From: the human T2T-CHM13v2.0 reference genome, Homo sapiens
Strand: one strand, 5' to 3'
Assembly (NCBI RefSeq): GCF_009914755.1
Contig: NC_060929.1
Length of the DNA: 64,000 nucleotides
The notes under the pieces are model-generated. The model saw only the letters and a program-made list of their open reading frames with translations, was not told the DNA's origin and searched no databases. The position numbers and the translations under genes were made by a program. Below are positions 1 to 12,744 of this stretch, piece by piece (the first letter of the stretch is position 1; the number at the start of each line of letters is the position of its first letter).

Positions 1-39
1 CATCTTATAAAATTCCCCAGTGGAAAGTAGTCATTTTGA

Positions 40-215
40 AATTCATCATATCCAAGTATACCTGGAACACTTAAAACTCAGCAACAAGAAAACTGACCGT
101 TCACTTAATAAAGTGGGCAAAATGTTAGAACAAACAACTCACTAAAGAAGATCTAAAGATGACAAGTAAGCTTATGAAAAGATAGTGATTATGTGCCCTT
201 AAGCAACTACATATT
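40..215 (+). mobile_element. Old L1 (L1M) ORF2 3' fragment
   Basis: ctcagcaacaagaaaac...gtgggcaaaatgttagaacaaacaactcactaaagaagat resembles the L1 ORF2 C-terminal region; appears to continue at ~2085. Confidence 0.65.
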
Positions 216-2080
216 GGGAATTTCACTCTTCACTCCAGCAGTTTGGAAGTCACCATGCCATGCTATCTACAAATGGAAGCCTCAACAAGCTAAAAAAAAG
301 TAACAACTCTTTTTATATTGCTCAAATAAATGAGGTCACAGGAGGAAAAACGGAAAGACAGATAGGCAGATACAGAAAATCAGAATTTTTCAGAGCATAA
401 ACCAGTGAATAAAAACTGCAGGAACCAGTACCTGGGCAGAAAAGCTTGAGCTATAATTGATGAATTGCTGGAAGCTCAGGTTGGCTAAGTCTGTAAGTTA
501 AAACTTCAGTGCAAGAGTGGTGCAGTGGGGTGGAGGTGGGGGGCAAGCACACTTTTGTGAATTTTGCTTTCTGGAGCTCTACTAGGTTCTCACAGTGAAT
601 ATTGATGAAAATTCCCTAGTAGAAAAAGGGGAAAATAATCATCCTGAAATATGCCACATCATTTTTTCTTAACTAGGCCTGGCTTCAAAAGAAATTATTT
701 CATCAGAGCCTACTGAGATTTTGTCAAAGCCTAACCAACCTGGAGGAAGAGACATATCCAACTCCAGCCCCCTCTAGCCAACTTGTCTCACCTAAAAGTG
801 GGGTCTAATAAGCACTTGTGCAGGTCACAGCTCAGAGGCATAGGCTCACTAAGTGACTGAGACCTAATCATAGAAATACAGAATGCTTCCCCTCTCACAC
901 CTTCCCACCACATCACTAAGGTCTATTTATTAGTGTTTCTTTCACCCATAAACTCTAAGTAAGAAGTTTCTTTCAACCCTGTTTATTAGAGTTTCTTTCA
1001 CCATGTCCAGTTTTCAATGAAAAAATTACAAGGCATATTAAAAGACAAAATCACAGTGTGAAAAGAAAGAGCAAGAATTAGAACCAGATTCAGATATGGC
1101 AGGACTGCTGGTATTTTCAGACCTTGAGTTTAAAGCAACTATAATTAATATGCTAAGAGCTCTAATGAAAAACAGAAAACATGCAGAACAAATGGGTAAT
1201 ATCTTAATCCATTCTCTGCTGCATTTATAGAATACCACTGACTGTGTAATTTATTTTAAAAAAAGAAAAAGAGCAGAGAGTTTTTTTTTTTTTTTTGACT
1301 CACAGTTTGGAGGCTGGGAAGTCCAAGATTGAGGGGCCAAATCCGATTAGGGCTTTCTTGCTGCTTCTTAACATAGAGGAAGGCATCAGATGGTGAGAGG
1401 AGGTGAGAGAGGGTGAGAGCACAATAAACAGAGAGAAAAGGGAGGCCAGACTCTCACAATAACTAACCTACTCAAGAGATGACAGCATTAATCCATTCAT
1501 TAAAGCAGAACTCTTATAACCTAATGACCTGTTAAAAGCTCCATGTGTTGATATCATCACAATGCCAATTAAATTTCCACATGAGTTTTGGAGGTGACAG
1601 TTTGTAAGCAGAGAGATTAAATTCTAAGAATGAAGCAAAAAGAAATCAAAAACGCTGTAACAGAAATAACACTTTTGATGGATTCATTAGGGGACTGGAT
1701 GTGGATGAAGAAAGAATCTCTGAGTTTGAAAAAATGTCAATATTAATGTCAAACATTGAAAAAAAAGACACTAAAAAAAAGAACAGAATATTCAATAACC
1801 ATCTACTAAAGATATATGCATGATTAAGTTATCAGAAGAAGTAGAAGAGAAAGAAACAAGATAAACAATTGAGGCAATATTGACTGAGAATTTCTCCAAA
1901 TTAATGTTAGACCCCAAACGACAAATCAAGAAAGCCCCAGTGATCAGGAAACACCACAGATTCTGGAAGTTCCCTGGTGATCCAGGGAACACCAGGCAGG
2001 ATAAATGCCAAAAATAAATTAACCTAGATATAACATATTCAAGCTGCAGAAAATCAAAGATAAGTAACAAAATCTTGAAG
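216..2080 (+). mobile_element. Old L1 5' UTR/ORF1 fragment (L1MC/L1MD-like), interrupted by a MaLR LTR
   Basis: A-rich ORF1-like text (gaaccagattcagatatggcagg, gactgagaatttctccaaattaatg, atattcaagctgcagaaaatcaaagat); sequence resumes across the LTR (atgggtaa | tgtaagcagagag). Confidence 0.7.
1200..1600 (-). mobile_element. MaLR LTR (MST/MLT1A-like), end truncated
   Basis: tatcttaatccatt start, gactcacagtttggaggctgggaagtccaagat, attaatccattcat, aaatttccacatgagttttggagg are typical of the reverse strand of MST/MLT1A LTRs. Confidence 0.8.
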
Positions 2081-2084
2081 GTAA

Positions 2085-5080
2085 CTGAAAACTGAACAAC
2101 AAGATATCACTTCATATACCTTAAAATCCAAAACCAAACGAAATCCTGACAATACCAAACTCTGGCAAAATTGTGGAGCAATGGGAGGTCTCATTCATCG
2201 CTGATGGGAATGCAAAATGGTACAGCTGCTGACGTGGGTTCCCTGTGTCTCCACCCAAATCTTATCTGGAATTGTAACTCTTACAATTCCCATGTTTCAT
2301 GGAAGGAACCCAGTGGGAGGTAACTGAATCATGGGGGTGGGCCTTTCCCATGCTGTTCCCATGGTAGTGAATAAGTCTCATGAGATCTGATGGTTTTAAA
2401 AACAGGAGTGTCCCTGCACAAACTCTCTCTCTCGCCTGCCACAATCCATGTAAGTTGTGACTTGCTCCTCCTTGCCTTCACCATGATTGTGAGGCCTCCA
2501 AAGACATGCAGAACTGTTAAGTTCATTAAACCTCTTTTTCTTCCCACTATGGGAATGTGTATCAGCAGTGTGAAAATGAACTAACACAGTAAATTGGTAC
2601 CAGTAGAGTGGGTTGCTGCTGAAAAGACATCCGAAAGTGAGGAAGCAACTTTGGAACTGGGAAACAGGTAGAGGTTGGAAAACTTTGGAGGGCTTGGAAA
2701 ACAGGAATATGTGGGAAAGTTTGGAACTTCTTAGAGATTGTTGAATGGCTTTGCCCAAAATGCTGATAGCAATATGGAGAATAAAGTCCAGGCTGATGTG
2801 ATCTCAGATGGAGATGAGGAACTTGTTGGGAACTGTAGCAAAGGTGACTCTTGTTATGTTTTAGAAAAGAGACTGGTGGCATTATGCCCCTGCCCTAAAG
2901 ATTTGTGGAACTTTGAACTTGAGAGAGATGATTTAGGGGATCTGGCAGAAGAAATTTCTAAATAGCAAAGCATTGAATATGTGACTTGGGTGCTGTTAAA
3001 GATATTCAGTTTTATAACGGAAGCAAAGCATAAAAGTTCAAAAAAGTTGCAGCCTGAAAATGCGATAGAAAAGAAATTGCCATTTTCTGAGGAGAAATTC
3101 AAGCCAGCTGCAGAAATTTGCACAAGCAATGAGGAGCCAAATGCTAATCCCCAAGACAATGGGAAAAATGTCTCCAGGGCATGTCAGAGGTCTTCATCGT
3201 AGCCCCTCTCATCACAGGCCCAGAGGCCTAGGAGAAAAAAAATGGTTTCATGGGCCAGGCCCAGGGTCCCTGTGCTGTGTGCAGTCTAGGGACTTGGTGT
3301 CCTGTATCCCAGCTGCTCCAGCTATGACTAAAAGGGGCCAAGGTACAGCTCAGGCCGTGGCTTCAGAGGGTGCAAGCCACAAGCCTTGGCAGATTCCACA
3401 TGGTGAAGAACCTGCGGGTGCGCAGAAGTCAAGAATTGAGGTTTGGAACCTCCACCTAGATTTCAGAGGATGTATGAAAACACCTGGATATCCAGGCAGA
3501 AGTTTGCTGTAGGGGTATGGCTTTCATGGAGAACCTCTGCTAGGGGAGTGAAGAAAGGGAAATGTGGGAGCCCCCACACAGAGTCCCTACTGGGGCACCA
3601 TGTAGTGGAGCTGTGAGAAGAGGGCCACCTCTCCTCCAGATCCCAGAATGGTAAATCCACTGACAGCTTGCACAGTGTGCCTGGAAAAGCCTCCAACACT
3701 CAATGTCAGCCCATGAAAGTAGCCAGAAGGAGGCTGTACCTTACAAAGTCACAGGGGCAGCGCTGTCCAAGATGATGGGAATCCACCTCTTGCATCAGCA
3801 TGACCTGAGTAAGACACAGAGTCAAAGGAGATCATTTTGGAGCTTTAAGATTTGACTGCCCCACTGGATTTCGGACTTGCATGGGGCCTGTAGCCCCTTT
3901 TTTGGGCCAATTTCTCCAATTTGGAACAGCTGTATTTACCCAATGCCTGTACTCTCATTGTATCTAGGAAGTAACTAACTTGCTTTTAATTTTGCAGGCT
4001 CATAGGCAGAAGGGACTTGCATTGTCTCAGATGAGACTTTGTACTGTGGACTTTTGAGTGAATGCTGAAATAAGTTGAGAATTTGAATGACTATTGGGAA
4101 GGAATGATTGGTTTTGAAATGTGAAGACATGAGATTTGGGAGGGGGCAGGGACAGAATAGTATACTTTGGTTGCATCCCCACCCAAATCTCATCTAGAAT
4201 TGTAAGTCCCACAAGTCCCATGTTTTGTTGAAGGAACCTGGTGGGAGGTAATTGAATCATGGGGGCAGGTCTTTCCCATGCTGTTCTCGTGATAGTGAAT
4301 GAATCTCATGAGATCTGATGGTTTCAAAAATAGGAGTTTTCCTGCACAAGCTCTCTCTTTGCCTGCTGCCATCCATGTAAGATATGACTTGTTCCTCCTT
4401 GTCTTCTGTCATGATTATGAGGCTTCCCAGCCACATGGAACTGTAAGTCCATTAAACCTCTTTCTTCCCAGTCTTGGCATGTCTTTATCAGCAGCATGAA
4501 AATGGTCTAATATAGCTTCTTTGCAAGACAGATTGTCAAAAATCTAACCATAGCCTTATCCAACTATCACCACCCTCAATATTTACCCAAATATAAAACT
4601 AATGTTCACACAAAACCCTGCTACATACGAATATTGGTAATGACTTTATACATATTTGCCCAAACTAAAAGCACCTCATATGTCTCTCGGTTGATGAATG
4701 GATAAGAAAACTGTGGTACATTCATATATATGAGCATGAATATATATACACACACACATATGTATACACACATATATATATAAAACCTTAGTATATATTG
4801 CTAAATGAAGAAAGCCAGCCTAAAAAGACTACATATGCTCTAATTCCAACTCTGTAACATTCTGAAAAAGGCAAAACTAGGAGGATAATAAGAAGATCAG
4901 TGGTTGGTAAGATTTCAGTGAGTGGAGGGAGAAATAAGTAAAGCATAGGGAAATCTGGAAGTGATTAAATTATTCTGTAGGATACTGTAATGAAGAATAC
5001 ATGGTATTATGCATTTTTCCAAAACCATTAAACTTTAAAACACAAATAGTAAACCATGCTAAATTACGGTCTACTTGATC
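2085..5080 (+). mobile_element. Old L1 3' end (L1MD/L1MC-like) split by the THE1 provirus
   Basis: gggaatgcaaaatggtacagc | ttctttgcaagacag continuity across THE1; 3' UTR motifs aaggcaaaactaggag...agatcagtggttg. Confidence 0.75.
2230..4514 (+). mobile_element. Full-length THE1A-type MaLR element: 5' LTR 2230-2588, internal 2589-4157, 3' LTR 4158-4514
   Basis: Two ~358 bp LTRs ending ctaacaca/ctaatata; internal region starts gtaaattggtaccagtagagtgg; purine-rich tract before the 3' LTR; 5 bp TSD gctgc (2225-2229) / gcttc (4515-4519). Confidence 0.95.
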
Positions 5081-5099
5081 AAAACAATGAATTTTAAAA

Positions 5100-7980
5100 A
5101 TTACAAAAAAACAAACAAGAAAATGTGGCACATAACAGACAAAATACATAATCAATTCAAGCAGATTCACGGATACACCATACATTAGCATTAACTAACC
5201 AATGTACTATAAATATGTGAAAGAAATTATAGGGAATTTTGGAAAGTATTGTGGGGAGATGTATAATTAAGGATCAGCATAAGATGTTTATGAGGAGTCA
5301 AATTGAAATTGTAGAACTAAAAACTAGAAATCTGCATGTGTGTGTATATAAACGTATACATTATATTTATACATACATATACAAAATATACAAAAATAAC
5401 TGAACATTGCAAATGAAAAATATAAATTTGTATTTATAGAAGTTAATAGAACATATTTACATTGCAACAGAGAGAGAAATAATAAAATACAGAATAGAGA
5501 AGTAACAGTTATCTGAGGTGTAACATCAAGGGATTGAAGTCCAAGAATGAAACAAAGGAAAGAACATCATTTAAAATATTTGAAGCAATAATGGGTGAAT
5601 TTTCTCCAAATTTGATTTTAAAATTTCTTTAGATTTAACATGCTCAAAAGCTGCATAGTAGGTGAATAGAAATGAAAAATTGCCACACCTGGGCATATTG
5701 TAGCTATTCATTTGAAAAACAAGGTTACATTCTTAAAAGGCTAGAATAAAAACACATTACATACAGGGAAACAATGTTATAAATAATGCCTGATTTCACC
5801 CAGCAAAACCAATTGAAGCCAAAAACAATGGAAGGACAGTAAAATAAAAAAAAAAGGCTGTCGACCAATCATGTGTATGTAACAAAGGGGAAAAAATTTT
5901 CAAATAAATGAAAACAGTGATAATTCATAGCTATTAAATTAGTTCTACAATGTATATTATGAAAGTTCTTTGTACTAGGAAAAATACCAGATAGAATATC
6001 AAATATATACAATTTTAATTTGTCAAGTTACAATAATATTTAAAAAGAAAGTCAGATGTACAAGATAGTGAAATTATAGTTAGATATTTAATTTTTTTAA
6101 ACCCCATTGATAGTTTAAGTGACAGAATAAAATGTACTGTGTAGCTGTGACATGTACTGAGAAAATATATTAATAGGATATTACAAAGTACAGGGGAAAT
6201 TAAATGTGAGCACTCTGTGTACAATTTATATTATATATAAACCAGTATAACAGTAATTCATGATAAGTAATAATTTATGGTAAGTAAAGCTTGCATGCTA
6301 TAATCCCTAGAGCATTTTGTAAATGTTAAAACGAAGTTGTCTCGACAAAAATCAACTTGATAGATAAATTAAAACACTAAAAAATACACAATCCAAAGGA
6401 AAGAAAGAAAAAAAACTGAGTAAAAAAGAGATCTGAAAAATAAAAAGCAAACATTAAGATGGTATACTTAAATTTATTAATATGAATTAGTGCATGAAAT
6501 ATAAATAAACTGAATACTCAAAAAAAAAAAACAGGAATTACAAGTCTGGATAAAATTGGAAAATCTATCTAGAAACGAGTTTGCATGATGTACACCCATG
6601 GTCCCCAGCCTTTTGGCACCAGGAGTCAGTTTCATGGAAGACAATTTTTTCATGGACTGAGGGTTGGGGGGAAGGGAATGGTTTCAGGATGAGTCAAGAA
6701 CATTACATTAATCATGCATTTTATTTCTATCATTACTACATTGTAATATTACAATTAGACAACTTACAATAATGTAAAATTAGTGGGAGGCTTGAGCTTG
6801 TTTTCCTGCAACTCGACAGTCCCATCTATGGATGATGGGAGACAGTGACAGATCATCAGGCATTGGATTCTCATAAGGAGCATGAGACCTAGATCCCTCA
6901 CATGCACAGTTCACAGTAGGGTTTGTGCTCCTGAGAGAATTAATTACTGCAGCTCATCTGTCAGGAGGGGAAGATCAGGCAATAATGTGAGTGATGGGGA
7001 GTGGCTGTAAATACGGAGGGAGCTTGGCTTGCTGGCCCACCACTCACCTCCTGCTGTGTGCCTGGTGCCTAATGGGCCACTGACCCAGTAACAATACAAC
7101 AGGGGCTTGGAAATCCCTGATGTACACTTTAAATATGAGTATATTAAAAGGCTAAAGGTAACATGATTTTTAGATGGCCCATGCAAATATTGTTTATAAT
7201 AAAGCTAGAATGTCTCTATTAATGCCAGGAAAATCACACTTCAAAATGAGGAAACTTTCAGAGAAAAAAAAGAACACTTGTAATAATAAAAATAGGTTAA
7301 TCCTTCAAAAGCCTTAGTCATAATAATATGTATAGACATAATGGAAGTTTCACAATGCATGAAGCAAAAGTCATGAGAACCAAAAGTGTAAATAGACAAA
7401 TCTAAAATTACAGTTGGAACAAAATTGCCTTCACAGCAGTTGACAGAATGCGTAAACAAATAATCAATACCAACAAACTTGACCTCACAGAAATTTGGAG
7501 AACATGGGGTCTAACAGTTATTCTCAACTACCTAATATTTTACATTGTTTTATTTTGTTTTTGAATGTACATGTGATTCTTATTAGCATAAACATCAAAG
7601 AATTCAAAAGATTAAAACTTTGCAAGGTATATGTCACCACAATGGATTATATTACAAATCAATAATCTCTATCTCTCTCTATGTATATATTCCACAAATG
7701 TTTTGAAATTAAACAATACAATTATAAATTAATTCAAATGTGTAAAAAGGGAATCAAAATAAATGTATAAATATTTCAAATTGGATGACAATAAGAACAC
7801 ATGATATTAACTTTGTAAGTTGCAGTTTCAGTAGCATTAGGAGGGAAATTTATTGCCATAAACGACTGTATTAGAATAAAACAATAGCTTAAAATCACTG
7901 ATAAGAGGTTTCATTTCAAGAATCTTGATAAGAACCAATTCTAAAATACATATATTTAAGGGAATAATAAATATAGACCA
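5100..7980 (+). mobile_element. Highly diverged L1 ORF1/ORF2 5' fragments (L1ME-like)
   Basis: A-rich text with L1-like motifs (gaaattgtagaactaaaa, acattacatacagggaaacaat, gaaattaaacaatacaatt, ttaggagggaaatttattgc). Confidence 0.55.
6596..7119. mobile_element. MER1A hAT-Charlie DNA transposon
   Basis: Ends ccatggtccccagcc...ggcttggaaatccctg, ~524 bp, perfect 8 bp TSD atgtacac (6588-6595 / 7120-7127). Confidence 0.92.
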
Positions 7981-7981
7981 G

Positions 7982-8300
7982 TGTTCCAGTTATTAATTGC
8001 TGCATAACAAACTTTTTCACAACTTAGTGCCTTAAAACAAATCATCACTACATCTCATGTTTCTATGTATTTTCTGGGGCTTACCTGAATGGTTCTTCAT
8101 ATGTACCTTACATGTTTGCAGTACCTCATATATTTGCAGTGAGAAATTAACTAGGCTAAAGTCAACTGAAGTCTCACTTTAACAGACTGGTGCAGAGGGC
8201 CTTCTCACTCACACGTTGGGGATCTTAGTTCTGTTCCTTGTGACATGTTTCTCTCCAGTAGAGCGTCTCAGACTTCTTAGCTGGGAGTTCTTATTACCAA
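7982..8300 (-). mobile_element. MLT1-family LTR fragment
   Basis: tgttccagttattaattgctgcataacaaac...acttagtgccttaaaacaa matches the reverse-strand end of old MLT1 LTRs. Confidence 0.65.
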
Positions 8301-8301
8301 T

Positions 8302-8758
8302 TGTCACAGGAAAGAGTCATTGGGAAAAATAATTTGAGACAAAGAATTTCATGTAGAAAAGTTAGTCTGGAGGGCTCTTGTGCTCAACACTTCTACAGAG
8401 GTAGAGAAAACAAGATTGTCTTAGAGAAAAGTCAAAATACGTTACAATCACAATAAAGAATTTTGCTCATCTTAGGAGGCGCTCTGGAACTAGGAAATCC
8501 ATTCAGAGTTGTCACAGTTAAAGTAAGATGGCAACAGCATGACATGACCACACCAACCAGCTTATTCTGTGCAAGCTCACCAGCTGTCTAAGAGCCTGAT
8601 TTGAACAAAGCAGCTAGTTTCATCTGAGGGCAATATCCAGAAAGGGAATTGGCTCGATACTGTCAGCTACTAAGAGCTGGGGCTGGAGAAATGAAGGATC
8701 CAATTCTTCAAAAAAAGGTAAAAAAGGAGACATTGAGTACAACACAGCATCTGCTAGG
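8302..8758 (-). mobile_element. LTR16-type (ERVL) solo LTR
   Basis: tgtcacagg...gctcttgtgctcaacac...gctctggaactagg...ttcagagttgtc...acacagcatctgctag follows the recalled LTR16C layout. Confidence 0.7.
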
Positions 8759-8759
8759 A

Positions 8760-9630
8760 TTATACAACTCCATAATAAAAAAGCAACCCCAAATATGGTC
8801 AAACAACTTGAAAAGAAAGTTCACAAAAAGTATACACAGGGCCAATAATCACATCAATAGGTACTCAACAGCCTCAACATGAAGAAACTGCACATTGAAA
8901 CTATAACATATTGCATCAAATCCAATAAAAATGCTAAAATTTCAAAAACTGAGAGCTCGTATGTTGGTAATTATTTGTAGGTACTGCAATTCTCACCATC
9001 CATTACTAGTGAGAGTATAAAATGATGCAACTAATTTGGGAAATCTATTTCACAGTTATTTGTAAAGTTAAAAAGACACTTATCCTATAAAAGTATAATT
9101 CTTTTCCTAGGTGTGACCAAGAGATACAAAAACATATATTCAAAACTACTTGCCATAGTAGCCCCAGATTGGAAACAACCTAATTGTTCATTAACAGACG
9201 AATAAGCAAATTATAGTACATTAATATAATACTACTCAGTAATACTTTTAAAGAAGTTACTGACACATGCAACAATATGGGTGAATCTCATTATATTGAG
9301 TAAGATATTTCAGACATAAAGGCTACATGTTTTATAATGTTATTATGTAAAGCAAAAAAATACAAGCACAACTGATCTATAGTTATAGAATCAGAAATGT
9401 GATTTGCGGTTGCATCTGAGAGAGAACATTGCCCTGAAGGTATACATAATTTTTCTGAGATTAAGGATATGGTATGCACAGCAATTGAGATATATAAATA
9501 TATATATAATATATATACACACACATATGTACATACTCATAGACATCTATATATACATACACAAACAGTGAAAGTATACATGCAATGTATGAAATTCATT
9601 ACAGGCCAATTATACTTCAAAATGAAATAA
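8760..9630 (+). mobile_element. L1ME-like 3' end
   Basis: gccaataatcacatcaataggtactcaac, gccccagattggaaacaacctaattg, acatgcaacaatatgggtgaatctca. Confidence 0.65.
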
Positions 9631-9836
9631 AAAGAAAAAAGCGTCTAGGAAAATTTTTTTGAGTTGGTCATTTAATTATATTCACAATTTGATTTGTCTT
9701 AAAACTGCTCAAAAAATAAAAATAACTCTTTCTAATATTTAAGACATTTCTTGTGATTATCACATGAGGCTACACTTTATGTTTTAAAAATCAATTTTTT
9801 TTAAAGATATATAATGGCATGTTTTTAAATAAACAC

Positions 9837-10140
9837 TTTTTTTTTTTCTGAGACAGGGTCTCACTCTGTTGCTCAGACTGGATTGCAGTGGGCATGATCA
9901 CTGCTTACTGCAGCAACCTCAACCTCAACCTCGTGCGTTCAATTGGTTGTCCCACCTCAGCCTCCCTAGTAGCTGAGACTGTAGGTGTGCAACACCACAC
10001 CCAGCTAATTTTGTAGTATTTTCAGAGACAGGGTCTTGCCACGTTGCCCAGGATGATCTCAAACTCTTGGATTCAAGTGACTCACTTGCCTTGGCCTTAC
10101 AAATTGCTGAGATTACAGGCATGAGCCACTGTGCCCTGCC
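9837..10140 (-). mobile_element. AluJ
   Basis: T-tract, then gagacagggtctcactctgttgc...gattacaggcatgagccactgtgccctgcc; J-type diagnostics and high divergence. Confidence 0.92.
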
Positions 10141-11689
10141 TAAATGGATTCTTTAATAGGCATTTACTTCACATGAATTGAGGTATGGTGAACTGGGTAG
10201 GACTATAGATGAAACAAGATCGAACATGTATTGATAAATGTTGAAGATGGATTATACTATTCTTTCTACATTGTGATTAAGAATCTTTCTGAAAAGGAGA
10301 ATCAAAAATTGTTCTCATTTTTGGTCATAAATTATCTTGCTATCATATGCTTATTATTTTTTATTTGCCATCTTACACCAAACAAGTTGTAGAAAAAAAA
10401 TATTTATGATGTATTACTTATATCGCATGTCTTGGCTACATCTAACCACTGTAATTCGATTTAGCCTTCTAATTACACATGTAATTAGACCCTTCACCAG
10501 CATCGGTCCTAAGACCAATCGTTGCCATAAGCAAGAACAATAAATGCCTAATCTTCATAAGACTCCTGCAAGATAGATATGCTCTTCACTTTTATCAATG
10601 GAGTAACTGTAGTTTAAAGCCCTATGAAATTCCTACAGTTATTAATTTGCATTTGAGCTTGAATTAGGAAAAACAGACACCTGACCACAAAACCAGTTCA
10701 ATGACTAAAGTGTATTCTTGGTATCATGGTCTCTCATATTTTAACAGTATTTCTTTAATACCCCAGTAATTAGACCCTTGCTTTACTACTTAGCCAAAAA
10801 GTAATAAAGTTATTGCTTACTATCCTTGATTTAATACTTGCATGTAAATCTACTTGACTATTTTGCTTAATAAATAGAATTCCATTGAAATCCCAATTAA
10901 TATTCCTTTAACTTGAAATTGTTTGAATTTTTCCTCAATGATATTTAATTTTTAAACTCTAGTTCCTCAAACTAAAACCAAACTGGGATTCTATACATCC
11001 ATAAGCCCCTAAAATTTTTCTTGTGACTGTTTTTTTAGCATTTGTTTCATTTTGTTTTTCCAATTCAGAACGTTTCTATTGGGTCTCTCCTGGAAACTAT
11101 AAATTTCTGATTCAAAGAATGGTTATTTAATAAAGGTCTATTAAAATATACGAATACTAATAGTAATGTTGCCACCCTAACAGATGTTAGTTTCCACCTA
11201 CCACTTCATTTTGAGAAAAACTATGGCAACATAATTTGAATTGTAATGTTAATAATACAAATGTAAATCCAAGATCTTGTGGGGGATGTAAATGTTAATT
11301 GTTTTGCTTTAATTAGATGTGGCAAAAGACCTTTACCATGAAGTACGTATAATTGGAAGGTAAATTATGATTCATAAAATGAAGTTGAAAAAGATGTGCC
11401 TGTCTGGAAAGTATAATAAATACAGATGGACTTCTATGAATTTTAAAGAGCAGTTTAATTTTGCTAACAAAATGTAATAGGAAACAAAATGGTTTAGGTG
11501 AATTATTTAATATTATGCATATGCTAGAGATCCTAAAATTACCATGAAAACAAGAAAACTTTACTTAATTTTTACAATTTTCATATAGTACTTAAAATCT
11601 AGTTTATACCATTGCCTTCATTTAGAGTGACCGTATTTATAGTACTGACAATCTGTTAATGTCAAAATAAAAGATACGTGGTGAACTCT

Positions 11690-12170
11690 GGGAGGCAATC
11701 TAGAATACTTGTTAATAGCACAGGGTTTGAAGTTAGAGTGAGGAGACCAGGCGTTCTCAAAAATGGGGTAAACCTCCTCCCTTGCCCTGGGGAACTTTGG
11801 GCAATATCTGGAGATGCCTTTTGTTGTCCCAGCCTGGGTGGGGCATGAGGGTATTACTAGCATCTAGTGAGTAGAAGCTAGGCCAGAGATCCTGCAGTGC
11901 GCGGTATAGCTCACCACGAAAATTATACAGCCTTACAATATCAATAGTGCTAAGATTTAGAAACTTTGAGTTATGGTATATTCTGTGCTCTGCCACAAAG
12001 TGTTCATACTACTCAATTTCATTAAGACTAAGTTTCCTAATCTGTGCAATTGTGATTGAAATAATACCTATCTTAAAGTGTAACTGTGAAGATTAAATAA
12101 AATAACATCTGTAAGACAATAGCTGAGTATATGCATACATCAAAGAAATCAATTAATGTCTGGTATTTGT
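11690..12170 (+). mobile_element. MIR interrupted by MER20
   Basis: gttaatagcacagggtttgaagttaga...aagtttcctaatctgtgcaat...aataatacctatcttaaagtgtaactgtgaagattaaata. Confidence 0.65.
11748..11968. mobile_element. MER20 hAT DNA transposon
   Basis: caggcgttctcaa...ggcaatatctggagatgccttttgttgtc...tactagcatctagtgagtagaagc...tcaatagtgctaagatttagaaactttg. Confidence 0.85.
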
Positions 12171-12241
12171 TTTTTTCCCAAATTGATTCCCACACGTGCC
12201 TAGCTTACTATACTTAAGATTTTCACACTCTTCACAGTCAT

Positions 12242-12288
12242 GCCAAAAAACAAAACAAAACAGAACAAAACAAAACAATACAAAACAA
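12242..12288. repeat. Imperfect (AAAAC)n
   Basis: Read directly from the sequence. Confidence 0.7.
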
Positions 12289-12744
12289 GGACATACTGTC
12301 ATGGTCTACTTCTTAAAGATATCAGAAGTTAATCACTTATTAAATTAAGTCCCTTCTGCCTCCTGAAACCACCATTCCCTTTCCATTCTTATTAACATCT
12401 TCATTACAATTCTGAACTTTTACTCACTTGAGCTCATTCCAAATTTACCTATGTCTGCTCTTATGCCTCTCAAAAGTACTGTTGTTACCTGTGTTACAAA
12501 AAGACTTAGAAAATAATCAGCTCAAGTAAGAAGATGTATTGAATGGAAACACATACCATTCAGCTAAACCGGCTGATCACTGTGACCTATGGTTTAAATA
12601 TTTTGAATTTTGATTTTTAATTAGGCATGAATAAAGGATACAGGAATCAATAATGTGGTGGATGGCAGAGCTGAATTTTGGAAACACAGGCCTGTTACGC
12701 TGAAAATACCCAAAATATAGCTAAAGAGCTATGTATGTAACATT

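Noticed and set aside
920-1003. Three short copies of gtttctttca(c/a)c
   Set aside because: Small slippage duplication inside an old L1; no array structure
2738-3512. Consecutive plus-strand ORFs (75, 73, 127 aa)
   Set aside because: They lie in the THE1 internal region and are broken remnants of its ORF, not a host gene
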